Made by a program: the position numbers and the translations under genes. The notes under the pieces are model-generated. The model was given only the letters and a program-made list of their open reading frames with translations, searched no databases and was not told where the DNA came from. 64,000 nucleotides of DNA, taken from NCBI RefSeq assembly GCF_026571515.1, contig NW_026861864.1, forward strand, positions 62,001-126,000, read 5' to 3'. Below, piece after piece: positions 50,225 to 64,000 of this stretch. This DNA is from Ruditapes philippinarum. Taxonomy: Eukaryota. Positions within the stretch are counted from its first letter, which is position 1, and each line of letters begins with the position of its first letter.

Positions 50225-51430
50225 ATAAATCATTTGATACAATTTGGCAACAGGTGACAACGTAGGAGAAAGGTAAAAGAGAATTTATTTCATGCATGGT
50301 ACAAAGATGTGGCAACGTGCGGGATATATACTTATATGAGAAATTTTTTGTTACACTGGCGCGTAGGGATAAAGAAGGAGAAATTATTTGATACAATGTG
50401 GCAACGTGCAGGATATATACTAATATGAGAAATTATTGAAACACTGGCGACATGGGGATATAAAGGAGAAATTATTTGATACAATGTGGCAACATGGGGA
50501 TACAGAAAGGAGCAAGTATCTGATACAATGTGGCAACATGGGGATACAAAAGGAGCAAGTATCTGATACAATGTGGCAAAATGGGGATACAAAAAGGAGC
50601 AAGTATCTAATACAATGTGGGAACATTGGGATACAAAAAGGAGCAAGTATCTGATACAATGTGGCAACATGGGGATACAAAAAGGAGCAAGTATCTCATA
50701 CAATGTGGCAACATGGGGATACAAAAAGGAGCAAGTATCTGATACAATGTGGCAACATGGGGATACAAAAAGGAGCAAGTATCTCATACAATGTGGCAAC
50801 ATGGGGATACAAAAAGGAGCAAGTATCTGATACAATGTGGCAACATGGGGATACAAAAAGGAGCAAGTATCTGATACAATCTGGCAACATTGGGATAAGA
50901 AAAGGAGCAAGTATCTGATACAATGTGGCAACATTGGGATACAAAAAGGAACAAGTATCTGATACAATGTGGCAACATGGAGATACAAAAAGGAGCAAGT
51001 TTCTGATATAATATGGCAACAATGGGATACAAAAAGGAGCAAGTATCTCATGCAATATGACAACAACGGAATACAAAAAGGAGCAAGTATCTGATACAAT
51101 GTGGCAATATATGGATGCAAAAAAGGAGCAAGTATCTGATACAATGTGACAACATCGGGATACAAAAGGAACAAATATCTGATACAATGTGGCAAAATGG
51201 GGATACAAAAAATGAGCAAGTATCTGATACAATGTGGCAACATTGGGATACAAAAAGGAGCAAGTATCTCATACAATCTGGTAACATTAGGATACAAAAA
51301 GGAGCAAGTATCTGATACAATGTGGCAACATGGGGATACAAAAAGGAGCAAGTATCTCATACAATCTGGCAACATTAGAATACAAAAAGGAGCAAGTATC
51401 TGATACAATGTGGCAACATGGGGATACTAA
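50225..51430. repeat. 44-bp satellite (GATACAATGTGGCAACATGGGGATACAAAAAGGAGCAAGTATCT)
   Basis: About 25 units with degenerate edges. Confidence 0.95.
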
Positions 51431-53159
51431 TAGAAGACATTTTTTGATACAATGATGCCGATATATATATTCAGGAACCATTATTTTGCTGCAATGCAGA
51501 AATTATTTGATACAAACCTTATTAAGTTTAAGATATAGATCATAATGTATAACATATGTATATTTATCATATACTCAGCTGTAAAAATAGTATTGCATGG
51601 CCGTGACGTCATTTGCGAAATACAAACGTAAAGACACGCTAAATGTTAGCGTTACACTATAAGCGTGTCAATGAAAAAAGTACTAGTATGTGGTAAATAA
51701 AATATGATAATTCGTTATATAACTCATTCAATAAATTCAGTTTAAACTATATAACATTCATTCAATATCCTATATATATTTGACATTCAAAGGAATACAA
51801 AGTATATTTCAGTATCATTATGATGTATGTATGTCTGACTGACTGTCTGTGCGTGCGTGCGAGAGTACGGACCCCGGACACGTCACCAGTCATGCGAGTA
51901 TACTCATGTGCTTAAAGGATTTATTTTGAAGCACAAAATGGTGATAATTTACCCCCATGCAATTTCCTCAGAGTACTAGCCAAAGATATGAATTTTGAGC
52001 CAAAAATAGATTATGTGTCGACGGTCAGTGAGAACCAAAATATACACTAATTAATCTGAGATAATAGCCCTTCAAAGGTTTGTTAAGCCAACTAGGTCCT
52101 ATCTTTCAAGCTGTCACACTCTGTGATATGGGCTCACCGTAGCACACTTTCCTCGTCGTCTCTGCTTACTCTGTAGAGCCACTCCCCTCGACTTTAGTCA
52201 GGTCATCGGCAGCTGAGTCGTAGGTTGCGGTTGTTGCTTAACTCCTCAGCGACGAAGGAGTAGTTTGGTATCCGGGGCCTGCTCTCTATATAAAACAACA
52301 GCACTCGGATCTTACCTTGGTGATGAGTAGTCTGTGATGAATCAGACAAGCTCCAAATATTTTGCCGAAGAGAGAAGTACTTATATCTAATTACATTGTA
52401 GTTTGTTTTGTTTTTTTCGTTTTTTGTTGTTGTTTTTTTCATAAAAACAAACAAATTTATTGTAAATAATTGCACAAATAGTATAGTTATATACTTTTCC
52501 GCGAGTAATATTATACGCAAAATTGCGATAATTTCCTATTGTGCGCCACTTGCAATATTTCTTGCTGTGTAAATATATTAAGCGCAGAATTAAGAATTAA
52601 GCGCAGCTGTGCAACTTCTATATGCTTAATATTCTGTGCCTTAGCAAGAAACGTTAACATTTTGCTGTTACTAGAACGGGCACAGTGTACTCGTGGCAAC
52701 AACGTCTAACTACAAAGTCAAAGGCTGCGAGTTCCATACCTATCAGATACCGGGAGATGGTTTGCACATCAATGGCACATTCATCCATGAAAGACAGATC
52801 AGGGCTACATCAAAATGACAAATGGTTCAACGAGACAAGCAAAGAACACTTATAGATCTAAATGTTATTATTCAAGACAAAAAAGGAAATTTGTCATCCA
52901 TTAGTTTAATTTTTTTAAACTTTAAATTAGAATAGAATGTTATATATTATAATATATTATACAAGGTAGTATATTAGATTAGAATATTTTGATTGTGAAT
53001 GTATGTTTATGAGCAAATGAATACAAAATCACAGCGATTCTTCAAAAGATTGTTCACAAATGTACATTTACTAATGTTGGCTTTTTTTTTTGTTTGTTAA
53101 ACATATTGATAAATTAAAGGTTAGAATATATTATTCATCACATTTTGTTTTCAATAATA

Positions 53160-55461
53160 TTTATAGATAATAGTCTATTTTGTTTACAAAAAAAACCCAA
53201 AAACTATATACATGTATAAAAGATTGGATCACTCGTAAACAAAATTACATGAAAACTGCAGACTCGGTTTGGATGAGTTCGTATATGAGGGATAATGAAT
53301 CAGCAACAGCCCCCATGCCCCCTATAGCACCGGCTTGAGCGGTACTCAATTTTCAACGCTTATAAGTGCTGAAATTAATGAGTGAATCAAGAGACTGGAA
53401 TCAACTTTTATTATTATAGGGGGGGGGGGGATAAAAAAATCAGAAAAAGCTTGGAACATATGGTGAAAATTGATATTCATGGATATTTTACATCTTAAAG
53501 ATTATGTAGAAACAACGTCATACATGGGAAATTACTAAGCGAAGATGATATCCATTACAGACCTTACTTACTAAAGTTGTGGCCAACAGAATGGGCGATC
53601 GTATTTATATTCAATTATAGTTATAGATAATAGTTTCTAGAGTATATTTTGTTTACGAAAGAGTGATCCCTCCCTGGAAGCATTAATCACAACAAAATTA
53701 TATGAAAATTGCAGATTGTGTTTGATTGAGTCTGTCTATTCGGGATAATGACGCCAATAGTGCAATAAGTCATTACCTGTCAATTGAAATCGAAACATTT
53801 TGCAAACTATTGCTTATTTATAAACTATATAGAATAGTCTTTAAATAGTATCAATACATTCAATTATTCTATTGGATATGTGTCAGGTATTAGTCCGGAA
53901 AGAGTTATTCTTACATAAATTCTAATGCCCAAGAAAAGATGTTAAGGGGCAACCTTACACTTCTGAAAAGGTATAGTAGATTGAAATATTGATCATACGC
54001 CATTAACCTGACTGTGTCCCTTTGACGTCTTTCATATCTCCATGTTTAATCCAGGTGTTCTCATGCCTGTGCCATTTGTCAGTGTCTCTAACAGATGGTA
54101 TTGGTTTGTGTTGGTAGTTTTCACTCCGGATCACGGCAGTAAGCCGCATTGAATTTTCTAGAGTACAGTTCATCCACCGCGCATCGTTACTGCAGGCTGT
54201 CAAGCAGTTTACCAGTACCATTAAATTTTGCCTTCATTTTCGCAAGGAACTGAAACTTCTGTGTATATACATACCAAAGAAGAGGTAAAGTGCGAATGAC
54301 CGTAGAAAAGATTTCATGTTCAATCACAACGAAAGTGACCTGCACCGTCCGGGGAATCGAAACCGTGTTGCCTCTCCTTAACAGACTATTGATCCCTACA
54401 GTTTTGGGAATCGCATCATCTCGGTCTTTTCCGTCAAAATAAAAGCCGCTGGCTCCCGGTTGGTGATCCGGCAAAAAGGGAATGCTTTGGCTGTTTGTAT
54501 AAAATACGTTTAAGCGATTACAATGAAGATCCTCGTAGTATGTCATATCTTTAAAAAATTCCCATAAAACTCTAAAAAAGCTATTTTTATATTATCTGTA
54601 ACGGAAAAAAAGCGTGACATTGCTATGAATATGAAAACAATAAAACGCTATTGAGAATGTCTCCAGAAGAATCGCAAAAAAAAATGGTCAAAAAGTTGTT
54701 GAAATGGCTGATCAAAACTGATAATGTCATCATGTACCTCTTTCCTTCTTTTATGGAACAAGATCATTGCCTTTAAACAGGCTACAATGACTTACAAATT
54801 AAAAATAAAGAGTGTATATATATAAAAAAGGAGACTATGTGATATAAATGGTTGTTATTAAATCTCTGTGCGAATTTAATTGGTGCAAGAGTAAAGAGTA
54901 AACTCCTATGTCCCATAATCCGTAGATTGTGGGCTCGAATACCGCTAGAAGTATGATTCTGGTGCGATCACTGGTAAAGACATTTGACGTGTAATAACTT
55001 ATTGTGTTTGGCTCCCCAACAATGACGTGGCATTAAATAACATGGTAAGAAAAAAACTATAAATTGCAAAAGACAATAATGTTCATTTATCGGAAATTAA
55101 AATTCTTTGCTAAATTGGATCAAAGCAATCAAGAAATATAGGTTTAATATGAGTACTGTAATAATCACCTTTAGGATATGTTGAATGGCTTTTCAATCTG
55201 TCTTTTGACAGCTAGTCTATGATATGCAGCGTTCTCCTTTTACGATTTAGTGTCACCCATTGATTTCACGTTCATGACACGAGCATTCTATTACTTGGGG
55301 ACCATACGCCGCTTTTCATGGAATGGCACGAAGGTGTCATGTTGAAGGTTCCATGATAACCGCAGTATTAATACATTTGCATATGTTTCTTCATTCAAAA
55401 TTATACCATTTTCATATCTTTAGAAATATTGAATTCTTATAAAGCCGGTGCTAGGGGGCGT
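53160..55461 (-). mobile_element. Composite repeat, copy B (inverted relative to A, about 1.7 kb of extra internal DNA)
   Basis: IRs at 53315-53336 and 55442-55461. 55160-55440 is the reverse-complement homolog of 42715-42980. Confidence 0.65.
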
Positions 55462-57269
55462 GGACGGTACATAGCTTGCACTTTTCAGAAATATCCATGA
55501 ATATGTTTATTAACATTTTTCAATTTTGCTGTCTTAGTCGTTTTCTAGGAATTCTATTATTTCTATTTGATAAGTTATAAACAGGACTTGGTATTAAAAG
55601 ACATTATTTTCATTCAAAATGATGAACAATCTGGACAAAACATGCACCAAAACATGACAACGTCAGAGCTTGTGGGATGTACGTAGAATGTCCATCGCTT
55701 CAGGTAAGATTATTTTAATTGCCTCATGAGAAAAATAAAGAAATGGCAAGGTTGTCTGACTTGTTCCCTATTTATAATTTATTTGATTTGAAGCTTCTTC
55801 CCGATTATTAATAGTGTCTTTTGATGAGCTTTTCAGACATAAAGTGTAACTATATTGTTCAGTAAAGAATTACCGTTATTCGTTTTCTTAGAAGATGAAA
55901 AGCGTTTCTATAATGTTAACTTTTGACGATATTCTTGTATAGTGCTCTTGCATACAGAGAACTTTAATTAAGTGTTTTCTGTAACCATACCATACCATGA
56001 TTGCCGTTCTTTAATTACAATTATGAAATAGATCTATTTTCACCAAAACTAAGATTGTTTTTAACTAAAGGGAAGTAATTCAAATAAGCACATACTCAAT
56101 TTTCAAACAGAGTTTTTCATCTTGATTGTGTATGATATCGCTCGCAAAAAAGCAATTAATTTATGTGGGAACTACGTTTAATAATTTTGCTGACAATATA
56201 AGCAGACGCACACTATCATAATATGATGATGGATGATAAAGTAAATAAAGTAAAAACTGCTTGATATAAAATTAAAAAACTATAAATCATAGGCAGATCC
56301 ATTCTCAATGCTAGATAGTAGTGCACTTTGGTGTGCTAAAAAAGAGAAATATATTGTAGAAATTAAAAAAGAGGATAAAATCCAAACAAAATCTGCACTT
56401 TAGTGTCCTAATTAGTTGTATCACGGATTTATATGTAATTAATTAAGATCCGTGGTTATATATACGTATTACAACTGACACCTTTGATAGTTTAATTAAG
56501 TTTAAAACAATCAATTTTTTTTAATTCAATAAAGTAGATCTATACTGATTTTTCTGTGATATTTCAATTTAATTCATGTATCTGTGGTTAACGACTTCCA
56601 TTTTCTTAATTTGGGAAATGAATCCTTTTACTTGTATATACATGTAGCCTTATGCCAAGAGACAGCCCTAGATGATATAATTATAAATGTTCATGGAGGA
56701 CTAGATACGTATTATTAAACATAAAAATATCATAATAGATCTAAATATATTTCGATTTATTTTCTTAGAAATTATTAAATATGTATCTATATTAGAGTTT
56801 ACTAGGGAATTAACGCTGAATATATATAAGAAATGGAGATTCTATTAACGTCATCAACATAGATAGATTTACTAAAATTTATCAATTGATCTATTTAATA
56901 GATTTTAGAGATCTTTTCATTTTTTTTTAAACAAAAATAATTAATTTATGCGCATATGATTTGAGCAAAAGGGCTGGCAGCGTAATTTTCATTGATGGTT
57001 CTTAGAGTGTCTGATTGGTCCCTGGCGTACGCCTTCCCTGCCCTGAAGACCTAGTGACATGTTGGCCTACTTCCAATTTTCCCAACTTTTTCCAGGTGCC
57101 AACACAGGACACGATATTCATCAATAAATAGAAGAAAAGATGATATTGTCAATATTAACTTATAAATCAAAACCGCCATCAAATTAAAACAAAAATGCAG
57201 TCAGGACGTTTATCAACTAACTTAAAATTAAAACGCACGAACTGTTTTGAGATTGCGCAAAACGCAGTT

Positions 57270-57643
57270 CTTCACTCGCAGACACACGTGCGCAGTGAGA
57301 CGTCTGCGCATATGCACAGTGATGAGGATAATGCACTTAGAGTGAGCTACTGTCAATGTCAATGAATTTCATGACAGAAAACAAGCAATTTGAGGCTCCA
57401 TGCGATACCAAATTGGACGTGGAGTGGCTCATTTTGCGTCGACATGCTTGTTTGTTTTGGACTATTTGGTAATTTTGATAAAACTTTTAAATTGATGTTC
57501 AGTTCGTTCAATTTTTACCACTTCCGGTTTACAAAAATAACTTCCTGTTTGAGTTGCAGATATTTTTTTTGCGAGTTTTTACAAGAATTTATCTATATTT
57601 GCAGGATTATTGCTGTACAACACAGTGGTAGCCAACGGTAAGT
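57270..57643 (+). promoter_or_regulatory. Candidate promoter plus short exon of an unidentified plus-strand gene
   Basis: Locally CpG-richer, with CACGTG, TGCGCATATGCA (NRF1-like) and CTTCCGG (ETS-like). Followed by TTTGCAG, a 33-nt segment (57605-57637) and a strong donor GTAAGT. Confidence 0.35.
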
Positions 57644-60600
57644 TATATTTTTGGTTGTTTCCATGTACTGTCATGTTACAGAAGTGCGAATAACAAGAGC
57701 CGGTCTGTTAAATAGGTCAAGAGGTCAGTAGCTACAGACACTGACAGTCGTTTAATGTAAAGTATGCGGACTTGCTCTTGGTTAAACATTATTATTGTTG
57801 ATTATCATAAGTTGGATTTACTCTGAAAATGCATTTATTTTGGATACTGCAAATCAGGTTTGTGTTTCAGTTTCATACAATACAAACGTGACAATGTCAG
57901 AATTTTGGAATTCCATGGTCTGTTGATTAGATCATTACAACTGTTCAATGTAATGTTAATATGTGCATATTATGCTAGGAAAATCTTCATGAAACACGGT
58001 GACATCAATAAGTATTATTTGCTCTTCAATGCATGAGAATGCTAAAGCAAATTGAAACTTAAAAGATTTGATATCAAATAAAGGAAAAGATATGCAAATA
58101 TGCATTTCTCCATCTGTTGTGTGTAAATGTATGAGTTGCTGCATATACTCTTCATCTTATTGCAGGTCAAGCATATTTGCAAGAAAGTGACTCTGAATAA
58201 ATTTTTAAAAGATTAAGTCTTTTGATGTTAAATCCAAGTACATCTATTCATTTAGCCATTTGTAGCACTACAAAGTAGTAGTTAACATTCTGATGTGCAT
58301 GTTAATCATTATTGTACATGTATTATTGTCTTGTACTGGTACATGATATAGTACTATTTGTTATTACTACTTCTGCAGTGCTGTAGATAAGCATCATTTT
58401 ATTGTTTTTAATGAATTGATTTTACAATAAATATTTGAAATGTGTCAAACAATGTCAAATTCATAATACTGAAAATGAATTACATAATATGATCAAGTTT
58501 TCACCGGTATTTGTAGTTGCAATATTCAACAAGGCAAAAAATACACTGTTGAAATGTTTCTGCAGCAATAACAAAAGGATGTTGAATGAAAACACACATT
58601 GCACTAATTAATGAAAACATTTTCTCTTGCATTTAGTCCCCCTTTTTCACCTATAGATGGCGTTTGCACAAAATTTGTAGGATCTTATTGCAACAGCAAG
58701 TGATCTTGTTCTTTACCAAGAAACAGTTCCAAAATAAGTTTTCATTTTACTTCAAGGATCAAGTAATTTATCTTAAATGTTTTATGTAAATGTTATTGTT
58801 AACCTTTATTAGTGTTGATATGATTTTTTTTAAGTGTTGTTCAATTGACATCAGTGTATATTTTTTGAAACACATACTTTTAACATGTTCAGAAGAAATT
58901 ACTTAAATCATTTCAGGAATGTTAAATCATGATATTTCTTTCTGGTGTAGTGTCGGAGCAAATAGCTTTTTAAAACTGCAATCACGAGTTTACAACATAT
59001 GTTCCACAAGACACTTTTTTCACTTTCTGACATTTTAAATTGAATTGCATTTGATTCTTTGTCAAGTTGATTTAATGTAAGAGAAGGTTGCTGACAGACT
59101 ATATTATCATATTGCATTGTAACAATAACCTACAAAGAACACATGTAATTTTCTAAGATAAATTATTTATGTTTTAAAATTTTAGTATCATACCCAGACT
59201 AAAACATTGACAAAATAGTTGCATAAAAAAAAATTAATGCTACTGCCTTTGTCTATAGAAATTTATTGCCTGATACTGTGTAAATGTCACTTAACTTGAA
59301 TTGAGATTTTATTGAAAGTACATGTAAGAGCTCAGTTGAATTGGAGGTTGTTTATTTCAATTTATCTTTGCTGGAAAATCTTAATCAAGATAAGTGTTAC
59401 ATTTAAATGTATACATGTAACATTTATTTGATAAAAAGCAGCTTTTACTGGACTTAGAGGGGAGGAGGTAGGCCAAGCTTAAGACAGAGGTCACCTGGGT
59501 GGTCACCTGGGTTAAACCTTAACATAGATTGAACAGGGCCTCCATCAAGTTCCAAAATTTGGAAGTCATAGACTGAAAATGTCTGACATTGGAAGTCACA
59601 TTATATAGATAAAGAAGAAAAAGCATTATATTTTGCAAGTCACAAGCCAAAATTAGAAGTTAATGACTCGGTAACTTCCACTTATGGAAGCCCCTGTAGA
59701 GGGATTCCAACTGAGAGAGGTTGGAGTCATTGCGTAACAATACTTTATCAAATATATTTAGACTGGAGATACTTATTTATAACCGGGGTTTTGATAAAGA
59801 GAGCATACAACTAGCTGATTAATCCTTATTTATGCAATTGAAGTATTTGCAAGATTTAAGTAACGTCTTTGTTGTTGTTTTTTCTACCCCTATAAATTCA
59901 AGATTTTATTACCTGCTGTGAAGTTGGTGATAACATTCATTTTAACATTTTATCTTGCTTGAACAAACTATCAACAGATTTTGTGTGACTAGACAGTTAC
60001 GTAAATAGTTGCTATCTTTCCTCACTGTGTAAATGCTACCTTGTAAATTATTTGTATATATCAGTTTAAAATGTTTGTACGCGGGTAGCTGTACACTTAT
60101 GATTAAAATCTGTTACTTGATATATCTTTTTCACCATTATGCATTTTATGCAAAATATGATTTTTTTTTTCTCTCTCTCCAAAAATGGAAATAATTTTAC
60201 TCTGTCAAAGTGTTAATACTGCTGGGCTCTTAAGCTGAGCGTATATCGCATTTTAGTCTCGGATATTCCTTAAAATGTAAACCTCTGATTTATTGTAATT
60301 ATTTCTCGGAGAACGTCTAGACACTGGGATTGTGAATGTGCTTTTTTGCTGAAGAGCAATATATCTAACTATTATCCATACATTAAAGCTTAATATTTTA
60401 TTTGTGGAAAGCGATAGAACATCAATTTTATCACTTGCAGAGGTGAGACAATACATACGGATTAGTCTGGTGATTTCAGGGAAGATTTCTCCAGGCTTAA
60501 AAAAAAAATTAAATTTTTTCTTTCTCCCCTTTAAAGGTGCTTTTTTTTCTTTTCTATATAATTTGCTAATGGAAGGAATTGGAAATCCTTTATGATAAGA

Positions 60601-61907
60601 AATTCTTTGAAACTCATTGTTGGTTAACTGTTATGGACCAAAATTTTCTAATTGTAACATATTAAAATGCTTCATAGAATATAAAAAAAACATGTATGCT
60701 TAGTATACATTGACTTATATAAAATATTTTGACTACCAACAGATTATGTGACTGCTTTTTGATAAAACAAGTATGATCTGACTCTAATGTACAACAAATA
60801 GCTAATGAATGCTAGCTAGGGGTATGTATATAGGGTTTTAACCCTGTCGGGCAAATCTTTGTTTCCTTCAGCAAGAAACATTACACTCATTGCTCAGTAC
60901 TGATTGGTTGCAGGTACGGATTCCAAAGTGTGTCTATAAGCTTATAGCTCCCTATATATTTGGAATAAAAAGCAGAGGTTTGTCATGTTTATAACTAAGA
61001 ACTAGCTGAGTGTGTATTTGAGCAGAGCTAGATGGATAGGGTTCCAATATTAAATGATGGGTATGATAAGACTGACCAGTAATAACCGCTGCTTTAAATT
61101 TTGTTTAAATCTGCATTGAAAAGCCCAGTAAAAGGGATTGAATTAGATTTTGCTAGTTGAATGTTTATTTTTTTTTCATTTTGATTTATCAGAAAACAAA
61201 AGTTTGACAGTCAAAGAAAAAAAGAGACTGACCAAATCTGCTTTACATAATTTTTCCATATAAATAGATTAACATTCTGTTGCGAGAAATGGGTATCATG
61301 AGAATAATTCACAATCAGTTTGTACAAATACAGAATTCGAATTTATCTTTAGATCGTTGGTTAGGTAAACAGTGGCCTGTGTGCTGACAATATGTTATGT
61401 TAACGAGTGTTTTTATTTTTTTTTTCATGTTTATGTAACTTTGCAGCACGATGCAGATATTTATTTTATATGTTGTTAAAGTGCAGGAAATTTTGCCGTC
61501 TGGTGTGTGGATCGATGAGTGAGTGGCATATTTGTGGTTATATAAGCTGTACACCTTGCCAGACACATTAACAGCGAGTACACGCAAGGCAACATTCCAA
61601 AAAAAAAAAAATGATGTTCTTTTTTATCCGAAATTGGGTTCTGTCCCAAAAAAGATCGATATATAAATATATATAAATCAAATTGCTATGAGATACATAA
61701 ATAGATCTGTATATATAAATAGATCAGGTTGTTTGAAATGGGACTTTCAGTGGTAAAAGACAGTGAATGTTTTGTTGTGCTTTTTGTATGAAACTGTGTT
61801 TGATTTATATGATAAATATATATTAAGGCCAATATGCATGGAAAATCTAAACTTTTTAAAATGGATCTGACATTTTTATTGCATCTTGCAGTGATTTTAG
61901 GTTCGAA

Positions 61908-62215
61908 ACAATTTTTGTGCTCCCACTATGAGGGGTGTCATTTAGATTTGCCTATATAGGTCCGTGTGTCCATTTGTCTGTCTGTCTGTCCATTCTCGTA
62001 TTGTGTCGCATCTAAAAGTGTGTGAGCTAGAGTCGACAAAATTTAAAGAAATATTGATCAGCATCAGTTGTGCACTTGGGATTTTGCTTGGGATAAATTC
62101 TGTTCTATCAGAGTTATTGCCCTTGACTTAATAAAGTTGGCAATTTTCAATTTGTGTCGAATGTATCCCAAAAAAGTTTGACCTGGAGTCAGGTAGATTG
62201 ACAAAACATGGGAGT

Positions 62216-62252
<37 letters not shown>

Positions 62253-62957
62253 CGGGCAACCGTGTGCTATGGACACATTTTTAGCTCACCTGTCACAGGG
62301 TGAGCTTTTGTGATCGCTTTTCGTCCGGCGTCCGGCCGTCGTCCGTAAACTTTTACTTTAAATGACATCTCCTCATAAACCACTAAGCCAATCTTATCCA
62401 AATTGGCCCTGCCCCGGGGGTCATTGATTTTCCTTATATGTATATAGCAACAACTAAAAAAATCTTCCTTGAAAAAACTCAAATAGCTAGAGTTTAGATA
62501 TTAAGCATGAAGCATCTTCTAGTGAGTGTCTACAAAGTTTGTTCAAATAAAAGCCCTGGGGTCAAAATTGGCCCCGCTCGGGGACATTGATTTTCCTTAT
62601 ATGTGTATAGCAAAAACTTCAAAATCTTCTTTGAAAAAACCCGAATAGCTAGAGTTTAGATATTAAGCATGAAACATTTTCTAGTAAGTGTCTACAAAGA
62701 TTGTTCAAATAAAAGCCCTGGGGTCAAAACTGGCCCTGCCCCAGGGGTGTCAGTGTTTTTAACTATATGTGTAAAGAAAAAACTTTAAAAATCTTTTAAA
62801 AAACCCAACGAGCTAGACCTTAGATGTTTAGCATGAAACATCGTCTAATGGGTGTCTACCAAGTTTGTTCAAATAAAAGCCCTGGGGTCAAATTTGGCAC
62901 CGCCCCGGGGGTCATTGATTTTCCTTATATGTGTATAGCAAAAACTTAAAAAATCTT
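61908..62957 (+). mobile_element. Two adjacent Helentron/HINE-like elements
   Basis: The first has a (GTCT)n microsatellite and poly-G. The second starts TTTTAGCTCACCTG at about 62279 and has about 165-bp tandem units (TTGTTCAAATAAAAGCCCTGGGGTCAAA x3). Confidence 0.6.
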
Positions 62958-63670
62958 GGGATGGCACCTCGGGTCTTACTCCTCAAAAAAACTGAAATAC
63001 TCTGGTGCCCGTTGGTGCCTGAAATAATGCACAGAATGGCACCTGGGGTCTTACTCCTCAATAAAGCTGAAATACTCTGGTGCCCGTTGGTGCCTGAAAT
63101 AATGCACGGAATGGCACCTGGGGTCTTACTCCACCAATAAAGCTGAAATACTCTGGTGCCCGTTGGTGCCTGAAATAATGCATGGGATGGCACCTCCGGT
63201 CTTACTCCTCAATAAAGCTGAAATACTCTGGTGCCCGTTGGTGCCTGTAATAATGCACGGAATGGCACCTGGGGTCTTACTCCACCAATAAAGCTGAAAT
63301 ACTCTGGTGCCGTTGGTGCCTGAAATAATGCATGGGATGGCACCTCGGGTCTTACTCCTCAATAAAACTGAAATACTCTGGTGCCCGTTGGTGCCTGAAA
63401 TAATGTACGGAATGGCACCTGGGGTCTTACTCCTCAATAAAGCTGGAATACTCTGGTGCCCGTTGGTGCCTGAAATAATGCACGGAATGGCACCTGGGGT
63501 CTTACTCCACCAATAAAGCTGAAATACTCTGGTGCCCGTTGGTGCCTGAAATAATGCATGGAATGGCACCTGGGGTCTTACTCCTCAATAAAGCTGGAAT
63601 ACTCTGGTGCCCGTTGGTGCCTGAAATAATGTACGGAATAGCACCTGAGCTCTTCCTCCACTAGGAAAGT
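62958..63670. repeat. 75-bp tandem repeat derived from the SINE core
   Basis: About 9 units of ATGGCACCTGGGGTCTTACTCCACCAATAAAGCTGAAATACTCTGGTGCCCGTTGGTGCCTGAAATAATGCACGGA. Confidence 0.92.
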
Positions 63671-64000
63671 CTATTGATCTCCCATTGAGACCGCAGCATA
63701 TTATTAAAGATTGCACTTGTCTTGTGTTATTATTTGCTGATTAGGGAATGTTGACTGTTTAATGAATAAGAATTAAGTTGTCTGATATAAGACAAGAGGC
63801 TTATGAGGTGAATATTCTATTGGATATTATATTAATAATAATATAGTATTAAGATTTATCATAAAAGTAGAGCAAACAGCAGTCCTTGTTCAAATAGCTG
63901 GGAGGTCTATAAAAGTCTGGTAATTAGGTGCATTTTATTGTCCTACCAATTAAATCATCTTTAATTATATCACCTTTTGAAATCAAAATATAAACTTGTC

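Noticed and set aside
50332-51408. 358-aa ORF and overlapping ORFs
   Set aside because: Translation of the 44-bp satellite; periodic peptide open in several frames.
50225-51430. Array of GGCAAC RFX half-sites upstream of CIMIP1
   Set aside because: No properly spaced second half-site in the unit; likely coincidental.
62912-63569. ORFs with 25-aa repeats on both strands
   Set aside because: Artefact of a 75-bp (multiple of 3) SINE-derived repeat.

Overview
AT-rich eukaryotic genomic DNA with GT-AG introns. The SINE, MITE and Helentron-like repeats suggest a bivalve mollusc (inference). I reconstructed six spliced genes by hand, checking splice phases: three apolipoprotein D-like lipocalins (2405-4741 minus; 6717-9284 plus; 16261-18345 plus, whose exon 3 is missing or garbled), a 10-exon peroxisomal D-aspartate oxidase ending in SKL (24613-32779 minus), a 7-exon secreted chlorophyllase-like alpha/beta hydrolase (36580-40600 minus), and the 3-exon ciliary gene CIMIP1/C20orf85 (44939-49169 minus). 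The rest is tandem repeats (two appear to derive from parts of a tRNA-SINE), TTAA-flanked, TAY..RTA and GAG..CTC non-autonomous DNA transposons, fold-backs, a degenerate ORF split by a nested insertion, and a 154-N gap. The most notable observation is an intact, intron-rich animal chlorophyllase homolog with a Ser-Glu-His triad, close to a cluster of lipocalins of a pigment-binding family. This may be a locus for handling dietary chlorophyll, but that is a hypothesis. Most short ORFs in the supplied track are spurious.
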